Below are positions 12,657 to 25,408 of a stretch of DNA of 64,000 nt, piece by piece. Numbering within the stretch: position 1 is the stretch's first letter; each line of letters opens with the position of its first letter. The DNA comes from Octopus vulgaris (Eukaryota), in the NCBI GenBank assembly GCA_951406725.2, contig OX597815.1:171616001-171680000 (forward strand), written 5' to 3'. The position numbers and the translations under genes were made by a program. A model generated the notes under the pieces. The model was given only the letters and a program-made list of their open reading frames with translations. It searched no databases and was not told where the DNA came from.

Positions 12657-13452
12657 AACAAACAAGATGAGGACAAATATCTGTCAAATGTAAATAATGT
12701 AAATAATATTACAGACTTTGTTTTAAGTTTTAGTGTCTGTTAATTAGCATTTACAAACAGGAAACAAAGTATTGATATTCTTAACAATATGCCCATACTA
12801 CCGTTGTGAATCCGCTTAAGATCTAAGTCACTAACACTCTTCACTAATTCTATCAGAAAAGGTTTGGATGACAATTTCCTGTTATACCCCTCAAAAACAT
12901 ATATGAGGTTTTATACCAGTATGAAATAATTGCTATTTCTAATAATTACCAATCTGCTATGCCTGATTGTTTTACCACATTTGGGATTAGCCAAAATGTA
13001 ATCAGTGTATGTGCTACTGCAAGGAAAACCAATGTATAGTTTAATCCTGTGATGTGTAATTTGAAAGTTTGTTTTCATTCAATTAAAGTGATTACACTCG
13101 TTTCAGTTGTTAAAAGGCACAGTGCTGTGTAATTAAAGCACTTCTGTTATCTTTGAAGTTTTATTTATTTATTGTGAATTTCTGAGATATGGTGTTTTCC
13201 TCATTAGCGCAATGTCAATTACATTATCTTATCTGTAATTTCACGTTACTGTTTCAATATCATTACAGATAGGATAAATAAATAAAAAATAAATGTCCTT
13301 TATGTAATTCAAATACTACTAATTTCTCAGAAAATCAAAATACTTACAGGAATAACAGTTTGTATTTTATATTCATGGTGTAATGTCTCAATCGTTTTCA
13401 GTATAATGCACAGAAAAATGTAGTAACACAGAACTGAATGGCTTTCTCTTCT

Positions 13453-13869
13453 TATTTCTTTATTGCCTACAAGGGGCTAAACATAGAGAGGACAAACAAG
13501 GACAGACAAAGGGATTAAGTCAATTACATCAACTCCAATGCGTAAATGGTACTTATTTAATCGACCCTGAAAGGATGAAAGGCAAAGTCAACCTCGGCGG
13601 AATTTGAACTCAGAACGTAACGGCAGACGAAATACCTATTTCTTTACTACCCACAAGGGGCTAAACACAGAGAGGACAAACAAGGACAGACAAACGGATT
13701 AAGTCGAATATATCGACCCCAGTGTGTAACTGGTACTTAATTTATTGACTCCGAAAGGATGAAAGGCAAAGTCGACCTTGGCAGAATTTGAACTCAGAAC
13801 GTAACGGCAGATGAAATACCACCTAGCACTTCGCCCAGCATGCTAACGTTTCTGCCTGCTCACCACCCT
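13453..13869 (-). mobile_element. dimeric SINE family B with 15-bp TSD
   Basis: Two tandem monomers enclosed by TSD atggctttctcttct at 13438-13452 and 13870-13884. Confidence 0.88.
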
Positions 13870-14044
13870 ATGGCTTTCTCTTCTATCACACTCAAGCCTC
13901 TGAACACCTGGCATAGAACCGCCCTCCTCATCTCAAATACTAACCCCTCTCCCATTTCACCAAGGAGGCTTTTCCTGTTTATCTTTTCCTTTCCCTTCTT
14001 TTTCATTCTGCTTGTTCTTTTCTTCCTTTGCCTTGGAAGTTACT

Positions 14045-14260
14045 TTGCAACGTCCCTTAGTGTCAGTGGCATTAAAAAGGCACCAAGTACACTCTGTTAA
14101 GTGACTGGATTTAGGAAGCTGTACAAGCCATGCTGAAGCCGATATTGATAATCAACACAGTCCTACAACTTTCAGAATCCTGTTGAAGCCATCCAACCCA
14201 TGCCAGCATGGAAAAATGGACGTTAAGTGGTGGTGGTGGTGGTGGTGGTGGCGGTGGTGA
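14045..14260 (+). mobile_element. degenerate family C element (RTE-type tail)
   Basis: ccatccaacccatgccagcatggaaaaatggacgttaa followed by (TGG)n. Confidence 0.6.
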
Positions 14261-16419
14261 CGATGACGACAACAATGAGGACAATGATGATTGTAAATAA
14301 AGTGTTCTGACTTCAGATCTCACTTTGTTGATATAATAAAAGTTAGTAATATAATGAGTTCTATCTTCAGTTCAAAGCCAGTCATTTGGAGTGACGGATA
14401 CAGTCAATTCAAAAGCCGCAGTAAATTACAAGCGTTTATTTTCCTAACTCAGGCAAGATGGATGGTAAAGTCAAACATAGGGGGACATTTAATTAAGAAC
14501 CTAAACAGACATTACAAACTACAATGAGGTATTTAGTTTTTTACGCTGCTGCTTCCATCCATAGTATGAGTGTAAGTTAATTCAATAAAGGTCATGGTGC
14601 ATTTTATCTTGGGTTGGACAGATAGTATTTATAGTCTATTCAAAGCCATTCTACATGGGTGAGATTCTTAATGTTCAGCTGAACTTCTGCAGATTAATAT
14701 CTGTGATAAAAATTGAGACAGGAAAGGAGTAGCCGTGGACTCCTTTCCTGTTTAAGCAAAGCACTGAGATCAAGTTTTAGGGTGAGGTACAGTAAAGATA
14801 AAAAGAGATAGGTCAATTGAGGGATATAGGGGTGAGGTTACAGCTTGATAATTCAGAGGAGTAGGGACTATGAGAATAAAAGTTGCAGAGAGAGAGAGAG
14901 GGAGGATAAAGTGCATGTGTGCACTAATAGATGTTTTGGCTATGATCTGGATATGTAATAAAGAGACAAATTCACAGAGTTGTTAGAGAGTAGGATAGAA
15001 TACCTTATGGTATTTGTTCCATCTCCCTGCACTCCCATCTGTTTATCAAGGGAAGCAGTAACACTTTCTACTTTCACACACAAAAGAACTTCCACCTACC
15101 AAATTCACATACAAGCCTTTGATTGACTTGAAGCTATAGTAAAAGACATTTGCCCAAGGTACTATTCTGTGTTCAAATCCCACTGAAGTTAATTTTACCT
15201 TTCCTCCTGTTGAGGTTGACAAAAAACTACCAAACTATGGTGGTGGATTGGCAGAGTTGTCAGAGGCTCAGTTGAGATAGCTTGTTGTATCTGTTGTAGT
15301 CTTTGCTTTCTGACAGCAACACCTGCAAAGACACTGGTTCTAAATTGTATTAGCCCAAAAGTGGTAGCATATCCTTTGGATGTTATGGACAAGAGAGACT
15401 TGCATGCATGGGCTAAAGGCAGTTATCGATGGTGCAGCTAGGGTATGTGCTGCTGGGGCAGCCCTAGAGATTTCTTTTCACCACCACCAATATCACCACC
15501 ACCCCAGCCCCCACAGCCTATACAGGCTTTATTGCCCACAAGGGCTAAACATAGAGAGGACAAACAAGGACAGACAAAGGTATTAAGTCGATTACATTAA
15601 CCCCAGTCGTTTCATACTGGTATAAAACCTCATATATGTTTTTGAGGGGGATAACTAGAAATTGTCATATCCAAACCTGGTATATCTTGAACTGCAATAT
15701 CCAGTATATCTTTCATTTCTTAATATGATAAGATAAGATTTTTGTGAGATTTACCTGCCAATTTTAGCAGACCCAAAAGTACCATGCTCCTAAAAAAGCT
15801 TTGCCTGAAGTGGAGCACCCCTACTCCCAACTACTTCACTGGCAGATATATAGTAAACACTGACCAATAGAGGTGCATAGGATCTGTAATCATCCTGACA
15901 TATCATCAACAGTTGTTGAGACCTAGCACTTTTTTGTTGTCTATATGTGTTGACATTTTACTGTGACTGTTAAGTTGCTGTTGATGTAGACTAAGTTGTC
16001 ATATCATATTAGAAAATGTATTTTGAGATTTTATCATTATAAGTAGAGCATGTCAAACATAAGGTGTGTTACATGCAAATAATGCATGTGTGAAAAACAA
16101 AATTATTACAGTATAGTATTGAGTGTAAAGGAGTGTTTAGCTAGAAATAAATAGGTCGTTTGTGTAAAGAAAGAGGGTTAGAGAAGACATAGTTAAGCAC
16201 TTACATATGTTAACAGAATGTGGATCAAAGAATTATATGAAGTTTACTTATAATAATAATTTTCTTATAATTTACTTATAATAGTAATAAATTTACTTAT
16301 AATAATAATAATAATAATAATCTCTTCATTGTAAACAATTCATGGTTTCATTCATTAAAACTAGGAACATTTTAGAAATAGGGTTTTTCCAAGAAAACAG
16401 CTTGATGGTAATAATTTTT

Positions 16420-16766
16420 ATGAGATGGGAATCATCAACCCCAGTGCTCAGCTGGTACTTATTTCATTGACCCCAAAAGATGAAAGGCAAAGTCAACCAC
16501 AGCAGAATTTGAACTCAGAAAGTAAAGATGGATGAAATGCCACTAAGCATGTTTTCAAATTATGGATGGCACAAGGTAACCAATTTTAGGGGAGGAGTAA
16601 ATCAATTACAGTCACCTCAGAACTCATTTGGTACGTCTTTCATTGACCCCCAAAAGGATGAAAGGCAAATTCAAGCTTGACAGAATTTGAACTCAGAATA
16701 TAAAGATGGACGAAATGTCACAAAGCATTTTGCCAGGTGTGCTAATGGTTCTGCCAGCTTGTCACC
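16420..16766 (-). mobile_element. CpG-decayed SINE family B fragments
   Basis: gaaaggcaaagtcaaccacagcagaatttgaactcag and related segments; most consensus CpGs read TG or CA. Confidence 0.75.
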
Positions 16767-16770
16767 TTAA

Positions 16771-16991
16771 CCCTTCTGTTACAAACCCGACTGAAACCAC
16801 CTCTGGCTCCGTAGTACAAATGTCTTATTTTCATAAGTTTTGAATTAAAATCTTCCACCAAACCTTAGTCACAATTTATGTTCCTAACACTAGCTGAATG
16901 ACAACGAAGTTATTTTACTAAATTCTTTGTTATATTTAAAGTAATTGAAAGAAGCACAGAGCATCTCAAAATAAATACAGTAAGGAGAGGG
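16771..16991. mobile_element. piggyBac-like MITE (TTAA-CCCT...AGGG-TTAA)
   Basis: TTAA at 16767-16770 and 16992-16995; homologous copies at 25188-25408 and 28577-28805. Confidence 0.85.
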
Positions 16992-17301
16992 TTAATGCCA
17001 TTAAGCATATTGTCAGTGTGCTAATGGTTCTGCCAGCTTGCTGCCTTCAGCTTGACAATAATAATATTTTAAATTTATAGAACTTTCTACAGTGAGGTAC
17101 AGGGATGATCAGAAAAAATGTTAATGCAGTTAATAATTGTGAAGTATATTTGCCACATAAATGTGGCTAACCACTAGGGTGGATGCTACTGTAGCTTGTA
17201 TCCCCAGGAGGACACCTCCTCCAGCTGGCTATTGACACACTTTCTGTACCCTATCAGTATTTGCAAAGGGAAGCCATCCTTCCTGTCTTCAACCTATGAT
17301 A

Positions 17302-17346
17302 CACACGGACTTGAGTTTCTGGGTATTGACCCATCATCAGCATGTG
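17302..17346 (-). ncRNA. type I hammerhead ribozyme with intact core
   Basis: CACAUG-CUGAUGA-UGGGU-caau-ACCCA-GAAAC-ucaa-GUC-CGUGUG; predicted cleavage between 17308 and 17307. Confidence 0.85.
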
Positions 17347-17454
17347 ACAATCACTGGTTAATAATGTTCAGCTTGAATTACTAATGGTTGGTGAGTGATG
17401 GAATGTAAGATATGGTTAGGAAAGTGTACTGTTGTGTCACAAGAGTCATTATGC

Positions 17455-17822
17455 CAATAATAAACACATTTCTTTATGTTTACTTGTCAAATGGCTAACT
17501 GTTTAACCTATTAACAAATTGATTGCTTAATTGTTCCATCAACCAATCAATCAGCTGAGATTTTCAAAGTGCTTTCATCACCATTCACAACCACTCATAA
17601 CATGCCACTAATGACAAGTCTGCTTCAGGCTTGGAGGAGTGAGGGCAATTCATTGATGTGATGAAGAATGGTCACCAAAAGCACTTTGACATGCTTGGCC
17701 AACTGATTGATTAACCAAACAGTTAATTGAGCAGTTGATTTGTTAATTGATTAGATGGTGAACCAATTGACAAATGGAAATAAAGAAGTGAAATAGAACC
17801 AATGCATGTGTTTATTTGTGCT
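17455..17822. repeat. long imperfect inverted repeat (old foldback or MITE)
   Basis: Arms pair in order: aataaacaca/tgtgtttatt, ttgtcaa/ttgacaa, ttaacaaat/atttgttaa, aatcaatcag/ctgattgatt, tcaaagtgcttt/aaagcactttga, accattc/gaatggt. Confidence 0.75.
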
Positions 17823-20730
17823 GTAATAATTCTCCCAAAACACATCAGAATATGATTTGACACACAAGTTCATCTTGCAAACCAAATACAAAAAAAAAGA
17901 CAAAATATTCTAAGTTAGGAAAGTAGTTTCAGTGATAAACAGTCCAGTACTGTTGTTAATCATCAACCATTACTTGCAGTCTTAAACCAATACTAAAACT
18001 CAGTTTTTAATAATCCTGTCTTTTTTTGTTCTGAATTCCAATATCAGTGAATTCATTTGTCTTCTACAATCTTGCAAATATTGGTAAGTTGTCCACAGTT
18101 TACAGTATTAAAACATCAAATCACTGGAGGTGTCATACAATGGACTAAGCCACCTTTTTAGCAATGTAAGGAATCAATATCAGTTGAGTCTGTTTGGGGT
18201 GTTTAGGAAATATTTAAATATTTAATTTACTCATTGTATTTTTGTTGTTTACCAAGTGATCGGTTATGTTATGACTGATTTATATCATGTAAGAAGTCAG
18301 TCAAAGTTCAACCAGAGTTCCAACATGATCATTTCACCCTGGTATATCTTGAACTGTAATATCCAGTATATCTTTCATTTCTTAATATGATAAGGTAAGA
18401 TTTTAGAGAGATTTACCTGCCAATTTTAGAAACATTGACAATCAGTTAAAGTGCGCTTAGAATATACATTCATTTTCACAATCAGTAGATAACTGTTTTC
18501 TAATTCTAAATATCCAAACTATATGGTACTTGTGGTCCAGCATTTAGAATGATTTACTAAATAAGACTGAAATATTATAATCTTTATCATGTGTCTTTGA
18601 TAAATTTTACATAAAATTACTTTTGAAGTACAAGCAACTTTGAAATTGTATAGTTCTAACTTAATTAAGAAGTCTCAGAGAATATCATAGAGTAAATGAG
18701 TGCCACAGAGTAAACTAAATCTACAACCCAACTTTGATTCCAGTGGAAACAATTTTAATTCCTTTACATTATTAATGTCCTTGGGAAATCTGCTAAAGTT
18801 CATTTACTCTATAGACTGAAATTTCAAATGAAGTCATTACAACAATTCTTACTATGCTGATTCTTTGAAACTTAATTAAACAATAATCCCTTTGGGGATA
18901 GTCATTTAATTAAGTTACTACAGTTGCTGATTACTATGAGTGTTCTAAGAAGATGATAAGCAAATGACTATTCATATGTTATGTAATCAAATGATGTTTT
19001 ATAATTAAAAGCTGAAAGTATCTTTCAGTCTGGTCCCTGTTATTCTATGACCCATATACTTTTGCATTCCTGTTGTTGTCCCAGTACACTACTCTTTTTT
19101 TTTTAAATCTTACTTGAACAATCTAATAAAAGTTAATGGCACAAAATATAAATTCAATTATCAAGGAAATTCAGATCCAAAACTTTCATGATCAACGCAC
19201 ACATCTGAAAACTGATAATTTCAGAATAATTAAAATTACATCAAAGAAGCTTGCTATCTTGCAGACAAATATATATATATCAATGCAAAGCTGTTAACTC
19301 TTATGTGAACTATAATTCAAAAGTGGTTTAATAGCATTGTTCATCACTCTCTGGAATCAAATTGAGCTAAAACTGAATAATTGTTTAATGAAGCTAAAGA
19401 AACCCATACATAGCATTAGTTTCAAAGGCAGCTCTTACTAAAATGAATTCGATTTTATTTCATATGCTGCTAGAAAAAGTAGCCCTTTTGAGTACCATAG
19501 TATTCCCTATGCTGTATTCTATACACTGGCAAGGAGATTCAGAAAAATGTCTTTGCATATATTTCATTGATGACAATACTCTGGTTTTAACTCTTAATAA
19601 AAGTCTTTTGTTTGACAATAAATTTCTTAAGTCTATTCATGCTTTCAGATCTTGATTTTATCTTTTGCATAAAATAAATTTAATATCAGCCATTATTGTT
19701 GTCTTATTTTAAATTAAAATTATATCTATTTCTCATTAGTTACAGTACTTGAACTACATTAATCATATTAACAATTACACTTGTATTTAAGTTGATAATT
19801 ACTATAGTAACCAATATTTTTTTTCTGTTTGGTATTTAAAGAAGTTGTTTACAACATATGAATATGTCTGAACACAGGTTCATTTTCTGCAAATTTGCTC
19901 TTCAAACCAACACTGGTTTCTTGAACTTTCTTTAGCACTTGGTTTCATATAAGTCAACCATTGATGAAAGCAGCCCAGGAATTTGCCAGCATTGTACTAC
20001 CTTTAAACCATTGTCATTTAAACTGCCATTCAGTACTTCTTTTCTAGTTGAAGAGTTCAATAAAATAGTCTTTCATATTTAGAACCACCATGGCTAGTTA
20101 ACTGAGATCTGACATCAAACTTTGACTCAATTTGATTTGCAGAAAAATATATAAAGTTAAAAAAAAGAAGCAAATACATAATTTCAAAGAAAAGTTCTCT
20201 TTGAAATCAATTCAATACTAAAAATGTACTTTAAAAAATCAGTAATGAACTTACTTTGTATCTGTCACTGAAATTTGGTTATTAATCATACATACAGATA
20301 TATTTTATACAATATCATTTACTTTTCTAATAAATCAAACTTACCACAGTTGAGCTCAAAAATTATGTGTTTGACTAGTCTAGATAGTAGAAGATTTCAC
20401 AGAATGTTGAATCTAGACCATATTGAACTAATGAGAGAGATTTTATATATTGATTTGACCACCTTAAAATAGCAGCCAAGCACCTCAAACCACATGCTTC
20501 TGTCCTAAATAAAGGAGACATTAGACAATGTAGTCTGATACACGCAAAAAAAAAACAGTATGTTCATGGTTTGGAATGTTTACTGATAGTTCTATTTTGA
20601 GCTAAACAACAACCTGGTCCACTAAAGAATCAAACAAGATTTATATGTATAAAACAGAGATAGATTCTGTCTGTTTGTGTGTTTGTGTGTCCCATAAAGT
20701 GAAAGTAAAGGTTCAAAGGAGGCAACACCA

Positions 20731-20943
20731 ATTGTGCACAAACCTATGACAAACTGGATCGAGGCAAATATTCTCACTGGTTGTGGTAAACATGACACTG
20801 TCTTCATTCCTCGCATACCAGTTATACCATCTAATGCCCCATTAAAATTTAAGCCCTTGCAGTTTCCTATTCCACTTTCTTTTGCCATGAGCATTAATAA
20901 AAGTTAGGGCCAAAAACTAAAAGTTGCTGAATTGCAACTTGAA
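20731..20943 (+). mobile_element. Helitron RepHel (Pif1-like helicase) C-terminal remnant
   Basis: IEANILTGCGKHDTVFIPRIPVIPSNAPLKFKPLQFPIPLSFAMSINKS*GQKLKVAELQLE matches the FIPRI...QFP..L.FAMTINKSQGQ motif. Not in the ORF track. Confidence 0.9.
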
Positions 20944-22044
20944 AACCAAACAGAAGTTTGTATAAAAAATCCATCTTGTTTCTACTTTAATTATTACATG
21001 TTTTTCTCTTATATAATACTCACATACATGATGAGTAAACCTAAATCTGACTGACAGGACACAGCACTTGTAATTTCATTGGACTGTTACCTACTGTTGC
21101 CTTGTCTTCCATTCCAGTAATATAGCATCGGAATTTCAGCACTAACACTGACAGGACACGGCATTTGTAATTTCATTTGACTTACTGATATTCCTAATTG
21201 AAAAAATGTCTACTAAAAACAAACCATCAAAAAACAAACACCAAACAAATGCACGATGTACAATGCCCTTTCTATATCTCCTATTATGTTTATTGCCTAA
21301 TTTGTCTCAACAAAAATTATGTAATGGTACAACACTAATTGTGCACTGGCACAGCATTTTTAATTTAATTTCTCTATTACTTACCAATATTCCTAATCAA
21401 AAAAATGTCTACTAAAAAAAGACTGTCAAAAAATGAACATCAAATAAACATATATCCTGCAATGCTTTTTCTATATGAACAGTGATGCTCCACTTGGCCT
21501 GCAGCCTTTTCAGTGCCATCAGAGTCAACTGGATTCCATAAAGCTATTCTTCTATATGACATACCCATTTTTCTAGCTTCTTGGCCGAGAAACAGTGAAA
21601 GTAATTACCCAATCAACAACAGGTATTACTGCTAGTACACTAATAAAGAAGGGCTCAGAAATAATTACCTTTAGCTACTAAATAATGCAACACATTCCTC
21701 TCATACGTTCATCAACTTTTCTCATACAGCTGAAAACAATGAGGTACAGTAACTGTGCTATATCAATCCAAGAAGGATTCCAAGAGAATGGTGTAATTGA
21801 ACCCCTCCTACCAAAATCACTGACTCTTAATTTCATGTAAGACAGTTGCCATCCCAGTCAGAAGCTATTGAATTTGGTGTCATTAGATGTTACCAGTGCA
21901 TTTTAACTTGGATCATTGTGCATCTACTCTAACATATTTATTTTATGTACATCCTCACATATTACAATATATTACCAATGAGTATTATCAATGTATTTGC
22001 TGCTGTATTTTCATTGGTTACCTTAAAATATATGAATAAAATAT

Positions 22045-22440
22045 TCTTTTCTACTCTAGGCACAAGGTCTGAAATTCTAGGGGAGGAGGTCAGTCAATTA
22101 GATCAACCCCAGTACACAACTGCTACTTAATTTATTGACCCCGAAAGGATGAAAGGCAATTTGAACTCTGAACATAAAGACAGATGAAATGCCACTAAGC
22201 ATTTCGCCCAGCATGCTAACATTTCTTATTTCTTTATTGCCCGGACAAACAAAGACAGACAAAAGGATTAAGTCGATTATATCAACCCCAGTGCATAACT
22301 GGTACTTAATTTATTGACCCCCGAAAGGATGAAAGGCAAAGTCAACCTCGGCAGAATTTTAACTCAGAACGTAATGGCAGACGAAATACCGCTAAGCATT
22401 TCACCTGGTGTGCTAACGTTTCTGCCAGCTTGCTGCCTTG
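22045..22440 (-). mobile_element. SINE family B fragments
   Basis: Two partial monomers with CpG decay. Confidence 0.75.
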
Positions 22441-23359
22441 TATGAATAAAATATTAAAGTTTATGTTACAATGAAAAATCCATTGTAAATACAATGATGA
22501 TCGTATGTGCTGTTTTTCTCCAACACTAATTTGTCTGAGCAAGCCACTCCAAGGAGTCATAGGCCCAGGCAGAGCAATCTGCTCAGGTCAACAGCCAATT
22601 GTCCAGCGTCAAGGCATGTTTTAAGAAGAGGTATACACTTGTGGCAAACAACCTGGGGAGGAATGGGTGTTGCAGAGCTAACCTGCCCACAATACATTCA
22701 TGATAATGACAAAGGGATTAAGTCGATTACATTGACCCCAGTGTGTAACTGGTACTTAATTTATCAACCCCTTACCAGATCAGTCATCACCTGGGTTACA
22801 AATTCAGAGGACAACACAAGACTGAGAGTAATTGCTGAAATCTGGTTGTAATGTCATCAACAAACACTCTGACCACACAGTCAAGGAATATAAAGAAAAA
22901 GAAAGATTCTATCACTGGTTAAGCAATCCTCTTGATTGGTAGAACTGTTCATGGAGTCAAATCAAGCTACCAGTAAACCAAGCCCTATTTTTTAATCATA
23001 CCAATTCATTTTAACTACACCCTCATTGCAATTAGAAAGGCATGAATGTTAAAATTTCATTTTTTACATCTTCCACAATATATAAACTTTATTCTAATAA
23101 TATTAAATATGTTAGAATAAATAATATAGCATGAGGATACAATACAGAATTTGGTGACTGTAATAACTGCTAAATTTAAGGGATTCTGAAAAACAAACTA
23201 AATCTACAATACTTATGAAGGAGATTGGCTGTTATCATTGAAACAGACTATCATTATCTAATATAGTTTAATTTCTAATATAATTATCATATTTATCTAT
23301 TCTGTCAATTTAGTCCGGTTAATTAATAAAATTAGTACTACTTGAAGCAGCTCTGTCAC

Positions 23360-23905
23360 GTGACTTTCAGAGGCCCCCTGCAACTTTTTGTGTTGAGGCC
23401 CCATCTCTTCAATCAAAATTCATAGCTATCTTTTACTTTATTCTATCTGAAGTTCAATATTTCACGTTAGCCTAAAGAACATCTTTAAAAGTACAACAAG
23501 TTAAATTTATTTAGCTCTATTACAAATTTTAATAAGTAAAACTTTCAGATATGAATAAAAGAGCACTTTTATAATCCAGGCAACTTTCAAAGACAAACAC
23601 AGCACACTTTTCGCTTCATGAAATCATTGATCAATTCAGAATAATCAAGCTCAGAGCTAAGTTCATCATGTTCAATATATATAATACACAATCCACAAAA
23701 TCTGGTAAATGTTTGTGGTAAAATGTAATACTTTTACAAGAACTTCTTGAAGTTTTCAGTTAACACAGATAGTTTAATTCTTGTTCAACATCTTAACCAA
23801 AGTAAATAGATGACTCATCTACGTACTTTGATCTTAACATGAGGCCCCACAACCATGGAGGCCCCCTGCGACTGCAAGGGTTGCAGGGGCTTAGCAACGG
23901 CCCTT
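23360..23905 (-). mobile_element. hAT-superfamily relic with dimerization-domain fragment
   Basis: 23700 to 23602 reads FCGLCIIYIEHDELSSELDYSELINDFMKRKV; repeated gaggcccc subterminal motifs; end gcaacggccct. Confidence 0.7.
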
Positions 23906-24012
23906 ACTTGGAGCAGCATGTTATTCCTACATGGCATTAACTATTTTGGTGAATAAGAATATAATCACTGGTAGCAAAAGTCTTTCTTCCTCCATACATA
24001 CACACACATGAT

Positions 24013-24046
<34 letters not shown>

Positions 24047-24723
24047 AGATGTTACTTGTTTCTTTGGATTTGTTATTTTCACATGGATCAACTGAGCTAT
24101 TTGAAAGTTAAATGCTAAATAATAGACAAGCTAATGACCTCTCATCAGGTTATCCAGTACCCTATCCAGTCAGTTATGCAAGCACTTTCTACAAAAGTCT
24201 TACTGCACCTAAAATGCTTTATGTTTTTTTTAAATTTTTATTTCTATTTATTTATTTTTTTCCATTTTTATTTTGCATAAAATTTCTCATGAAACTGAGC
24301 ATAAAAATGCATAGAAAAAAAAACATGCAAGATTTAGTGCTTTATATGTTTGCTTAAAAAAAAAAAGCAAAAACAAGAATGAACAAATCTCAGATGAATG
24401 TTGATATAACAATGTAGACTGCTAGACATTGAACCAAGTCAAAATTCCACCATGTTTCCTACCCGCTAATTAGCTTTTCTTCTTTACAAGAGGTAAGGTA
24501 AGGTTTAAACAAATCGTCACTTTCATCGGAGTAACTCTTTATAAAGATCTATTAAATATAAGGTTCAAACTTATAAGAGAAACCTAACTTTCGCATACCA
24601 ATATATATATATATATATATATATACACTTATACATGCATGTATAAATATATATGTATTTATGTATGTATGTGTATATATATATATACATATATAAGACA
24701 CATGCACATATATGTGTATGTGC

Positions 24724-24816
<93 letters not shown>

Positions 24817-25187
24817 TATGTTTAATCATCATGCTGTGGACTAAACTGCTATTAAATTAGCCATGGCCTGAACCACTACTGACTGTAGCCAAAGTAAAGT
24901 AAACACAATGTTAGCTTCACACTACCTCTGTACAGATTGCTCATAACTGCTGTTAGTCAGAAGCATGTAATGAAAATAAATTGCATTTTTTTTTAAAGAA
25001 ATAGCTACAAATCTTTAATCAAATTGCTCAGTACTGCTATAAATTTACTTTTGTTTTGTTTTTTTACATGATTTAAAATAATTCTAGTTATATTCAGTAA
25101 CTTTTCTGCTTTTCTCTTATTCCATACAGGCATACCACAACTTTTATCATTTCAAATTATGTCATTTTCAATTTTTCCATCATTTAA

Positions 25188-25408
25188 CCCTTTTTATACC
25201 AACCCGGCTGAAACTGCCTCTGGCTCTGTTGTGCAAATGTCTTCTTTTCGTAAGTTTTGAATTAAAATCTTCCACCAAACCTTAATCACAATTTACATTC
25301 CTAACACTAGCTTAATGATAACTAAGTTATTTTACTAAATTCTTTGTTATATTTTAAATAATTGAAAGAAACACAGAGCATTTCAAAATAAATACGGTAA
25401 CAAAAGGG
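25188..25408. mobile_element. piggyBac-like MITE copy 2
   Basis: Homologous to 16771-16991; flanked by ttaa and ctaa. Confidence 0.85.

Larger units (their letters stand above)
11325..12707 (+). mobile_element. composite element: tRNA-like head plus hammerhead tail, with inverted 5' tail copy (candidate PLE-dependent SINE)
   Basis: Inverted tail 11325-11495; A box 11621-11631; B box GTTCGATTCC 11666-11675; (TAA)n linker holding nested inserts; direct tail 12560-12707; 12-bp TSD attRcagacttt at 11313-11324 and 12708-12719. Confidence 0.75.

Noticed and set aside
20622-20894. Minus-strand 90-aa ORF
   Set aside because: Antisense shadow of the plus-strand Helitron helicase remnant.
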